Virus record (IMG/VR): IMGVR_UViG_3300011335_000532
Coordinates: 1-30,264 of that record
DNA: 30,264 nt
Source of the DNA: a virus
Taxonomy: Duplodnaviria > Caudoviricetes
Reading direction: 5' to 3' (one strand)
A program made the translations under genes and the position numbers. The notes under the pieces were generated by a model that saw nothing but the letters and a program-made list of their open reading frames with translations, was not told where the DNA came from and ran no database searches. Positions 9,596 to 17,010 of the stretch are shown here, piece after piece; within the stretch, counting starts at the first letter, position 1; every line of letters begins with the position of its first letter.

Positions 9596-12395
9596 TGTCG
9601 AACAGACGGTTAACTGGGTCTTCCATCATCAGCACGTTGACCGGGGTAGCTGCCATGAGCGTACCCTTGGCCATGCGCTTCTTGGTGGACTCGATCAACA
9701 CCCCCTCGTTGCGCAAGGTTGCTATCGTTTCGTGGTAGCTGACTTGGTTCTTGGCACACCACTCTTTGAACTTCTTTTGCACAAGGAACACACGCTTGGT
9801 GTCGGGCTCATACCGGATGAGTAGCTCACCTTTGGGTTCACGTATCGGTGGGGTTGGCAGCCCGTTGGCTGCGGCGTTGTCGTGGACTATCAAGATGTTA
9901 TTGATGTTGGCCGCAATGTAAGCGCCCAGATAGGTTGTGCTGTCGGTAGACCCAGCGGCTTTGACCTCGCCTTTTCCTACACGTAGGAAAGCCACCAGCC
10001 AGTTGAAGATGCGCTTGACATCAATGTCGTGCAAGCCCAGCTCAGCGGAGATCAACCCACCCGTGATCGCCAGAGCCCCGATGGCAGACCAGAATCGCTC
10101 CCGCTGCCCAAGTCCAGCAGCAGCATCCAGCCGAAGCTGTACGTCACGCAGCACATCCAGCACATCAGGCAGGTTCTCCACCACATGACGGATGAAAATA
10201 TCACCAGCAATTCCATAGTTCCCCTGCAACTTTCCGAACAATGTGTCCGTGTATTCTTTGCTGTAGTTGGTGTCCCTGCTGATCTTCAGCTCAATGATCC
10301 TCATCATCTCACCCTCAGGAAACTCCTTCAGGCTGTACAGCTTGTCATACAAGCTGCTGTTCGATGATGTGATGGCAAGGAGCCGCCAGAACGTATGGTT
10401 GACCCGCTCCTCGTTGCGCTGTGACTCCATGCGGTTCTTGCCCCGCCCTTGCGTGACGGCGTACGCCAGATGCGATACCGTCTCCTCCTTCATGTTGGTG
10501 ATCTCGTCGATGGTTGCTGGCAGGTTGTTGAGCACACCGAAGCGATGAATCGTTGCGTTGTAGGTATCCTCACTCTGCATCAGCAGGTCGAACGGGTGCC
10601 CCCAGATGCTGTTGATCGCCATCTGCACGGTGGACTTGCCTGTGCCAGAACCCGAACTCATCAGGTTGACGATGCCACCACGGATTTGTGTGAACGGCAT
10701 CAGCACGGAACCGAAGCCCAGCAAGAAGGCAAACGCCTGTGCTTCCATGCCCTTGTTGTTGTAGAAGTTGACCACCGACTTCCACTCACCCATCTCACCC
10801 TTCTTGGTCAGCAATGAGCAGGTGTGCAAAATTGAGTTTGCTGGGGGGCTGTACTTGACCCCGGTGGGGGTGATCTCGCGGTCACCCAAGATAAACGTCT
10901 TGTCGTCAGTCCAGCCAAACTGGCTGCGCACTTTTTCTGCTTGTCCCATACTCTGCAATTCCTTTACCCAGCGGGCTATGTAGACCATCAACTCATCCAA
11001 GCCCTTGTTCATCATCGGCATCCCCTTTGCTGCTACAGCATCACGGAGCCGGTCCTTTGACATCACACTTGCAAGCGGTATAGAGAACTCGCGCACACCA
11101 TCTTTTGGCAGGTGCAGCCGAGCCCACAAGACCTCGCCCAAGGACGGGTCGTCCATGCGCTTGACAATGTAGAAGTCGTTTTCATAGATCAGCTTGTCCT
11201 GATCGTCGGCCTTGTTCGGGTCAGCCCTGCGGTACACCCCACCGTACTTACCCCGGAAGAACGGGAATGGGTATGCAGGTATGTTGTATGTGCGGACATC
11301 CTTTGACTCGGAGTCCACCTGCACAACGGTGTTGTCCTCTTCAGTGGCTTCAGCTATCTCTTTGCCCAGCACAATCGGGGAGCCAAACTTGCCCTTGTGC
11401 TTGCAGTCCCCACACAGCCCGTCCCGCAGCGAGTCAAACATGGCGCAGGTGTATGGCCCCTTGGTCAGCTCAGCCTTGCGCTCAGTCTCGCCCCGGTCAT
11501 ACGCTGGGTGCTGGTTGGATATCTCATGGATAGCTTCGTCACGGTCCACGCAGTGCTGGGCAATGGACAGGCCCGCCCGCCATATCGGCTCTTCGGTTGT
11601 GGCTTGCTCTGCTGTGATCTTGTTGATCTGAGCGCACCCATCGACCTTCAGTTCAATGATCTTCTTGAACCTGTAGGTGTTGTTGTTCATCAGCGCCCGG
11701 GTGGTGCTGTCCATCTCCGCTGACTTCAGATGCTCAGGGATATCAAAGGGCAAAGCGGACGGTGCCTTCTCGGCCGCTGCCGGGGCACCAAGGGCCTGCG
11801 CGAACTCGATGAGGGTTACCTTGCCATCACCGCAGATGTATTCCACGGGCAGCGGGGCGCTGGGGTTCTTGTAGTTGGTGGTCTCTGGCACCCGCAGGAT
11901 GCGGGCAGCATCGGTTGTGCATGAGGGGTCGGCACGGAGGCCGCGCTCCACACAGACTTCCTTCAAACGCTTGGCTACAGGCTGCCATGTAGCCTTGTCA
12001 ATTGTCTCGGGCAGCACCCAGTACACATGCACCCCGTTGCCGGAGTTGATGCAGATGGGGCTTGGTAGGTTCAGGTCTGTACAGAACTGACCCAAAGAAG
12101 CCATGGCTTCGTCACGGTTGCGGTAGTCCTTGCCGGGGCCGCAATCCAGATCAAGCCAAAAGCATTTAACTCGCTGTGCGTTGTCACCCAATCTGCGCTG
12201 CGGCTGCATCGCTGGGTCAAATGAGAACATTGCAAAGTATGTATCTGCCTGAGCAGCATGGAGGCCATCGACCTCCAACATCAGTGTCGCGGTGTCATCA
12301 ACAAAGCGAGTACGTAACTTGCCTTGCTTGATGCCAACTGCGCAATAGGTCCCGCTATCTGCAAGCACCGCTTGCAGGAACTCGGTAACGGTCAT
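9561..12395 (-). CDS. Primase-helicase (N-terminal AEP-type primase, Cys cluster, DUF927-like region, P-loop helicase)
   Basis: FWLDLDCG and SGNGVHVYW AEP motifs, RILRVP, C-x9-CGDC cluster, Walker A SGSGTGKST, Walker B ATIDE. Confidence 0.85.
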   Translation of the reverse strand: MTVTEFLQAVLADSGTYCAVGIKQGKLRTRFVDDTATLMLEVDGLHAAQADTYFAMFSFDPAMQPQRRLGDNAQRVKCFWLDLDCGPGKDYRNRDEAMASLGQFCTDLNLPSPICINSGNGVHVYWVLPETIDKATWQPVAKRLKEVCVERGLRADPSCTTDAARILRVPETTNYKNPSAPLPVEYICGDGKVTLIEFAQALGAPAAAEKAPSALPFDIPEHLKSAEMDSTTRALMNNNTYRFKKIIELKVDGCAQINKITAEQATTEEPIWRAGLSIAQHCVDRDEAIHEISNQHPAYDRGETERKAELTKGPYTCAMFDSLRDGLCGDCKHKGKFGSPIVLGKEIAEATEEDNTVVQVDSESKDVRTYNIPAYPFPFFRGKYGGVYRRADPNKADDQDKLIYENDFYIVKRMDDPSLGEVLWARLHLPKDGVREFSIPLASVMSKDRLRDAVAAKGMPMMNKGLDELMVYIARWVKELQSMGQAEKVRSQFGWTDDKTFILGDREITPTGVKYSPPANSILHTCSLLTKKGEMGEWKSVVNFYNNKGMEAQAFAFLLGFGSVLMPFTQIRGGIVNLMSSGSGTGKSTVQMAINSIWGHPFDLLMQSEDTYNATIHRFGVLNNLPATIDEITNMKEETVSHLAYAVTQGRGKNRMESQRNEERVNHTFWRLLAITSSNSSLYDKLYSLKEFPEGEMMRIIELKISRDTNYSKEYTDTLFGKLQGNYGIAGDIFIRHVVENLPDVLDVLRDVQLRLDAAAGLGQRERFWSAIGALAITGGLISAELGLHDIDVKRIFNWLVAFLRVGKGEVKAAGSTDSTTYLGAYIAANINNILIVHDNAAANGLPTPPIREPKGELLIRYEPDTKRVFLVQKKFKEWCAKNQVSYHETIATLRNEGVLIESTKKRMAKGTLMAATPVNVLMMEDPVNRLFDIDDIVAKAPQD
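9973..9990. promoter_or_regulatory. Palindromic operator-like site TTTCCTAC-AC-GTAGGAAA inside the primase CDS
   Basis: Exact reverse complement of the 18-mer at 29791-29808. Confidence 0.6.
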
Positions 12396-12399
12396 GGCG

Positions 12400-12624
12400 T
12401 CAGAATTTTTCTATGTACTTAAACAACTTCTTCGCTATGGCCTCCCGGGGTGAGTACAGCCCAGCAAACCAAGAGTAAACACACACGGTGCTTACACCCC
12501 CTACATGGGCAATGTCAGAAACCGAGATTCCTTTTTTGATACACAGTGCGCCAATTTGCACACCGACTTTCTTCTGGTCGGCTGCCTTGTTCTTGGCAAC
12601 AGTGGATAACGTGTATCCGATCAT
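12400..12624 (-). CDS. Small XRE/Cro-like helix-turn-helix protein
   Basis: ISVSDIAHVGGVSTVCVYSWF HTH pattern. SD GGAGGA 6 nt before the ATG at 12624, preferred over TTG at 12630. Confidence 0.7.
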   Translation of the reverse strand: MIGYTLSTVAKNKAADQKKVGVQIGALCIKKGISVSDIAHVGGVSTVCVYSWFAGLYSPREAIAKKLFKYIEKF

Positions 12625-12649
12625 ATTCAATCCTCCAATGGTGAAAGGT

Positions 12650-12730
12650 GGGGGTACTCGCTGCGTCTGTGCCGTTGTCCGAACTCACCGTACCGAGTTC
12701 CGCGATCGTTCACAGCATCCGCTTTCCCCC
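12650..12730 (-). ncRNA. Candidate structured RNA: long interrupted hairpin with loop-E-like internal loop
   Basis: - strand reads GGGGG-AAA-GCGGAUG-CUGUG...GAACUC-loop-GAGUUC...CACAG-ACGCAGC-GAGUA-CCCCC. Nested stems fill the intergenic gap; no U-tract. Confidence 0.55.
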
Positions 12731-12739
12731 CGAAACTAC

Positions 12740-13654
12740 TTACTCATCACCATCGTCGGCCCAGTCGTCGAGCACCTTGGAAACATCCTTGGGTTCGGTC
12801 TTCTTGGTAGCGCGGACCTGCGGCTCTTCGTCCTCCTCTGCCTTGGGCTTGGCCTTGGCTTTGGGTTTGGGCAGTTCTGCCTCGGGCTCCTCCGGTGGGA
12901 GGTAAGGGCTGCCTTGCGGCTTGGCGGGAGCAGCGCCGTCGATCTGGTTGACCGTCATGGTCACAGCGTTCTGGGCATCGGGGGTGGCACCCTGCTTGCG
13001 GGCAATCACCATCTCCTCGGGGCTCAGGGGACGCACAGCGCGGAAGGTCAGCTTGGGTGTGGCACTAGCGGTATCGAAGCGCATCTCGGTGGCAACCACC
13101 GTGATAGGCAAGCCGTGACCGCCCAAGAATTTAGCATACTGCTGGAGCGGCATCTTGCTGCCCTCACCCGTGCCGAAGATCGACTGTGCAGGCAGGGTCA
13201 ACTGATACACATCACCGTCCATGTTGCCCTCAAGCACCACAGCAAGGCGATGGCTGAAGCGGCAGGCGCGGCTGTCACCCTGACCAGAACCTTTGATGTT
13301 CTGTGGGCAGTTCTGGCAGCTCTGGGCCTGACGGTTCTTGACCTTGGCATCGGGGGTGATGCCATCGTTGGACCAGCAATCGGGCTGCGAGTTCTGGCCT
13401 TCCACGTAGGTGCCACCGTAGTAGCCACGCGAGGTCTTCTCTGCGGCCTTGACGATCACCACGTTCATGGCCCGGTCGTCGTTCTGGGCGACTTCCTTGC
13501 CACCAACAATCATGCGGAACACACCGCCACGGATGGAGATGCGCTTGCCACTGCCGCCGCCCATGAGGGCGCGGGTGGTTTCATCCAGCTCAAGGTTTTG
13601 CAGGTGGGCGGGGAGGGTGTTGCCACCTTTGGAAAAGAGGGTCATTTCAGACAT
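12740..13654 (-). CDS. Probable single-stranded DNA-binding protein
   Basis: Beta-rich core (RISIRGGVF, CQNCPQN, ACRFSHRLAV), Pro/Lys linker, acidic tail ending DDWADDGDE; located in the replication module; SD AAGGAG. Confidence 0.65.
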   Translation of the reverse strand: MSEMTLFSKGGNTLPAHLQNLELDETTRALMGGGSGKRISIRGGVFRMIVGGKEVAQNDDRAMNVVIVKAAEKTSRGYYGGTYVEGQNSQPDCWSNDGITPDAKVKNRQAQSCQNCPQNIKGSGQGDSRACRFSHRLAVVLEGNMDGDVYQLTLPAQSIFGTGEGSKMPLQQYAKFLGGHGLPITVVATEMRFDTASATPKLTFRAVRPLSPEEMVIARKQGATPDAQNAVTMTVNQIDGAAPAKPQGSPYLPPEEPEAELPKPKAKAKPKAEEDEEPQVRATKKTEPKDVSKVLDDWADDGDE

Positions 13655-13657
13655 GGG

Positions 13658-13855
13658 TTACTCCTTGATGTTGAGTGTTTTGGGGTCGATTGAAAAAAAC
13701 TTGGCTATCTCGCTGGGGAAAAATCTGTAGTTCTTGCCTATGCGCACATACGGTATGCGCTTGGTTTCGTCCTTCTCCTTGATCATGTTTCTGATGGTTC
13801 CTTGGGATATTTGCAAGATTTGTGCGAGTTGCACAACAGTGATTGCGTTCTCCAC
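13658..13855 (-). CDS. Excisionase-like (HTH_17/MerR-type) DNA-binding protein
   Basis: TVVQLAQILQISQGTIRNMI...IPYVRIGKNYRF; GTG start with SD AAGGAG. Confidence 0.75.
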   Translation of the reverse strand: MENAITVVQLAQILQISQGTIRNMIKEKDETKRIPYVRIGKNYRFFPSEIAKFFSIDPKTLNIKE

Positions 13856-13856
13856 T

Positions 13857-14246
13857 TCAGCTCCTTCTTACGGTAACAGTGTATTTGTTGTCCACGTTCA
13901 GACCCACCGGCATGAGGTCCGGGTTTTCACGCAGAAACGTCTTCATGCTCAACTGGGATATGCGCCGCTCCAGCAAGTCCAGCGCATTGTTGTCCCGGAT
14001 GAACTTGTGCATGGCAGCCCAATCCCCCGTCCAGTAGCGGGTCTGCACGGAGCGGATGGCAGTGCCATGTTCGGTCTTGATGCTTTCAGCACCAGTCGAT
14101 TTGCAGACCTCTAGCAGGTGCTGCTCTACAAGCGCCATCTGCTCTTTGATCTGGTTGTCATCAGCTTCGTAGCTGGCCTTCAGTGCTGCTCTTTTGTCGC
14201 GCATCTTGATGTAAACGCGAACGAGCTTATCAGCGGTAACGTCCAT
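13857..14246 (-). CDS. Phage hypothetical protein (N-terminal coiled coil)
   Basis: 129-aa ORF, SD AGGAG, in the SSB operon. Confidence 0.75.
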   Translation of the reverse strand: MDVTADKLVRVYIKMRDKRAALKASYEADDNQIKEQMALVEQHLLEVCKSTGAESIKTEHGTAIRSVQTRYWTGDWAAMHKFIRDNNALDLLERRISQLSMKTFLRENPDLMPVGLNVDNKYTVTVRRS

Positions 14247-14270
14247 TGCTTTCTCCTGTTCAAGTGGTTG

Positions 14271-14298
14271 ATGATAGACCTTAACTTTAGCTTGTCAA
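14271..14298 (-). promoter_or_regulatory. Sigma70-type promoter TTGACA-N16-TATCAT driving the SSB/primase operon
   Basis: -35 at 14298-14293 (overlaps the helicase stop), -10 at 14276-14271, followed by SD and ATG at 14246. Confidence 0.7.
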
Positions 14299-15860
14299 GT
14301 ACCTCCTCGTGTTTCTTTTACTGTGTCTTTGTAAAGCTCCATGAGGTCAAGTTGCGCCTCCTCCTTGGAGTCCAGCGCTTTGTACAGCTTCTTCTCGACG
14401 GGGCTTCCTTGAAGCTTGACCACCAAGCATTTGTTCACCTGCCCTGCCCTGTGAACCCTAGCGTTTGCCTGTGCATAGGTCTCGTACGATGTGATGGGTG
14501 CCCACCACACAACCGTGTTGGCTGCGTGTAAGGTGACACCGTGTGACGCTGCTTGAGGCTGTATGACCAGCACCCGGGGTTCAGGTTGCTCTTGGAACTG
14601 CTTGAAGATATCGGTGCGTCTGCCTGCCGATACCCCGCCGTGGATGACTTCGGTGGCGATGCCACTCTTGCGTAGCTCGTCATAGAGGATTTCAATGGCA
14701 TGCCGGTAGGGCACGAACACCAGCACCTTATGGCTGGACTCCTCGATCACCTCCTTGAGCACCGCAGTGCGGTTGCTTGCATCGAAGGTCACCACCTCAC
14801 CGTTGTCTGAGTACACCGCCCCGCATGACACCTGCAAGAGCTTGTTGAGTTTGGCTGCGGCGTTGACCGCAGTGACCTCCTCGCCCGCTGCCTGCATGAC
14901 CATCTGCTTGCGGAGCTGCTCGTAGTACTTCTCTTGCTGCGGGGTCAGTGGTACGTCCCGCACTGTGTACAGCATGTCTGGCAGGTCAAGGCATTGGTCC
15001 TTGGTGAAGCGGATGGCAGGCTGCAACATCTGGCTTACCGTGTCGTTGGCCGTGACCTTTGGTGCCCATTTGAACTGAGTGATCTTGTGCATCACATGGT
15101 CGCGGTATGTGTTGAAGTTGCGTGGGGTGTTCGATGGGTTGACCAGCTTGGCTATGCCGTAGGCATCGAGCGGTGACTGCGATGCAGGGGTGCCAGTGAG
15201 CATCCACAGCCACATGTTTGGCCTAAGTATGCGGTTGAGCACCTTCCACCGTGTGGTGGTAGCGGTCTTGTATGCGTTGGCCTCGTCAACGATGATCATG
15301 TCGAACCCAGCGTTGGCAATCACATCCTCCACCACAGCTACACCATCAAAGTTGATGATGACAAACTCGGCATCGGAGTTGATGACCTGTGTGCGTTTTT
15401 CTTTGCTGCCGTAGGCAACGGCCACCCTGCGGTGCATTGCCCCTTTGAAGAGGTCTGCCTGCCATGCTGACTGCATGATGGACAGGGGACAGATGATGAG
15501 CACACGCTTGAGGTGCTTGAGGTGCATGAGGTAGTCGCAGGCCCAAGCTACGCTGAGCGTCTTGCCCGTGCCGGGATCGTTGAAACAAAAGGCTCTGCGG
15601 TGCAGGGTCAGGAACGCAGCGGTTTGTTTCTGGTGAGCGAACGGCTCGTAGATACCGGGCCACTTGTACTTGCCGATGATGGGGGATGGCACGTTCTTAA
15701 TGCGTAGGTTTTTCAGAACCTGCGCTTCTTCTAGCCCCCACTTGACCAGCACTGTGCTGATCGGGCCATCCTCTAGCAGGACGCTTTTTGGTATGACACT
15801 GAGCACCTTGTGCGGGTTCTTGAGCCGCAGTTTTAAAGCTTTGCCTTCTATGATTTCCAT
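14295..15860 (-). CDS. SNF2-family (SF2) helicase
   Basis: HQ Q-motif, DPGTGKT, IVDEAN, LTGTP, HGVTL, QANARVHRAGQ. Start placed at ATG 15860 after GGAGAG. Confidence 0.9.
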   Translation of the reverse strand: MEIIEGKALKLRLKNPHKVLSVIPKSVLLEDGPISTVLVKWGLEEAQVLKNLRIKNVPSPIIGKYKWPGIYEPFAHQKQTAAFLTLHRRAFCFNDPGTGKTLSVAWACDYLMHLKHLKRVLIICPLSIMQSAWQADLFKGAMHRRVAVAYGSKEKRTQVINSDAEFVIINFDGVAVVEDVIANAGFDMIIVDEANAYKTATTTRWKVLNRILRPNMWLWMLTGTPASQSPLDAYGIAKLVNPSNTPRNFNTYRDHVMHKITQFKWAPKVTANDTVSQMLQPAIRFTKDQCLDLPDMLYTVRDVPLTPQQEKYYEQLRKQMVMQAAGEEVTAVNAAAKLNKLLQVSCGAVYSDNGEVVTFDASNRTAVLKEVIEESSHKVLVFVPYRHAIEILYDELRKSGIATEVIHGGVSAGRRTDIFKQFQEQPEPRVLVIQPQAASHGVTLHAANTVVWWAPITSYETYAQANARVHRAGQVNKCLVVKLQGSPVEKKLYKALDSKEEAQLDLMELYKDTVKETRGGT

Positions 15861-15872
15861 GCTTCTCTCCAA

Positions 15873-16049
15873 TGAGGTATCGCTCCAAAGTGGAATCCAC
15901 GATGAAGTTGCGGTCCTCGTCTTTCCGAGGTGTCCGGCACCACCCGACCCAGAAAGGGGGGATCGTCAGTGCCTTGCGCGGTTAAAAGGTAGAGCTACCA
16001 GCACCTCCCACAGCCCCACTCACGCATTACGGGCTGTGTGCCTAACCAA
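15873..16049 (-). ncRNA. Candidate structured cis-regulatory RNA in the helicase leader
   Basis: Stems CACAGCCC/GGGCUGUG, GGUUAGG/UUUAACC, GGCAC/GUGCC enclosing CGAUCC/GGGUCG, and CCUCG/CGAGG. G-U wobbles occur on the - strand. Confidence 0.55.
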
Positions 16050-16331
16050 TTATTTCTTGGGTTTGTTTACCTTGACAGTGTGGTCACTGTTGCGGCTAAA
16101 CGATCTGTTGCTTGATGGCGTCTTGAGCTGCAAGTTGCTCTTGCCAGCACTGCCACCCTTGCTCAGCGGCACCTTGTGGTCAATGTCTTTGCCAGCACGG
16201 TCAATGCCTTCGCGGTCATACAGGTCACGGGCTCGTTCACGGGCACGGCGACCATCAGCTTCACCCTCACCACGGGCGATCTGCTGCTTGTATTCCTTCT
16301 TGTAAGGGCGAGGCTTGTTTACGTAGGGCAT
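16050..16331 (-). CDS. Small HNH endonuclease-like protein
   Basis: DIDHKVPLSKGG...SNL...NRS (HNN-type motif). Confidence 0.8.
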   Translation of the reverse strand: MPYVNKPRPYKKEYKQQIARGEGEADGRRARERARDLYDREGIDRAGKDIDHKVPLSKGGSAGKSNLQLKTPSSNRSFSRNSDHTVKVNKPKK

Positions 16332-16332
16332 G

Positions 16333-17010
16333 TTATTTCCTTCCGCAGTGGGTGCATTCGGTTACCCAGCAATATTGTCTACACAACCCGTTGGGGCGGG
16401 CATTCCAGATGCCAGAGCTGTACGCGCCCTCCAGCATAGTGACAGTGGGCATCCAGTTGCCCCAGTAGCGGTGCTGCTGCTCTGCCTCGTACACGGATGG
16501 TACCAACTTCTCCTCAGAAAGGAAGAGCAAGGCACCCTTGACTTTCTTGACTTCGGGGAACATCTTGAAGATGGCCAGCGCCATCAACTCAAGCTGCCCC
16601 AGATCAGCATACTTGGACTTGCCCAGCTTGTAGTCCACTACCCGGGCGGTGCCCTTCTCACGGTTGATGATGAGCAAGTCAGCCACCCCCCGGAACCAGC
16701 AATCCTTGGCGAAGAAGTCGCACGGCTCCAGCTTCTCGGTCAGTGCCATCTTGAACTCGCAAAGCTTCTCGCCCGGGATTTTCATCAGGGTATCGAGCGG
16801 CTTTTTGATGAAGATGAACTTCTGCGGGATGGGCGTTCCATCCTTGACATAGTTCTCAGCAGCGGTGTGTACCTCCTTGCCGTACAGGGCGGCTTCTCCC
16901 TCGGGCTCTTTCACATCCTTGGCTATCTTGGTGTGGTAGAACTTCTTGGGGCAGGTGGTGAACGTCTTGAGTCCGCTGAAGGACCACGCAGGGATTTTGG
17001 TTGTGACCAT
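16333..17010 (-). CDS. PD-(D/E)XK exonuclease (Cas4/RecB-like)
   Basis: WSFS...CPKKF, G...H, RGVADL, VVDYKLG, QLELMA, terminal C-x3-C-x4-C. TGATG coupling to the polymerase stop. Confidence 0.85.
   Translation of the reverse strand: MVTTKIPAWSFSGLKTFTTCPKKFYHTKIAKDVKEPEGEAALYGKEVHTAAENYVKDGTPIPQKFIFIKKPLDTLMKIPGEKLCEFKMALTEKLEPCDFFAKDCWFRGVADLLIINREKGTARVVDYKLGKSKYADLGQLELMALAIFKMFPEVKKVKGALLFLSEEKLVPSVYEAEQQHRYWGNWMPTVTMLEGAYSSGIWNARPNGLCRQYCWVTECTHCGRK

Noticed and set aside
12645-12735. tRNA gene in the ~90-nt gap
   Set aside because: Folds as one long hairpin rather than a cloverleaf; no properly placed T-loop or anticodon arm.
12488-13693. 401-aa + strand ORF and the many other antisense or alternate-frame ORFs in the track
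   Set aside because: They shadow well-supported genes, lack RBSs and motifs, and are expected from GC-rich codon bias.
13658-13855. Excisionase as proof of a prophage or integration module
   Set aside because: No integrase, att site or host genes in the window; this HTH family is often simply regulatory.
15275-15295. DEAN instead of DEAH in the helicase as a sign of inactivation
   Set aside because: The catalytic DE and all other SF2 motifs are intact; the fourth position varies among phage SNF2-like helicases.
15915-15972. Hammerhead ribozyme: CUGACGA and a downstream GAAA on the - strand
   Set aside because: The bases after CUGACGA do not pair with those before GAAA (no stem II), and both words sit within other hairpins.
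16333-17010. Cas4 as evidence of a CRISPR-Cas system
   Set aside because: No other cas genes or array; Cas4-like exonucleases are routine neighbours of phage PolA.
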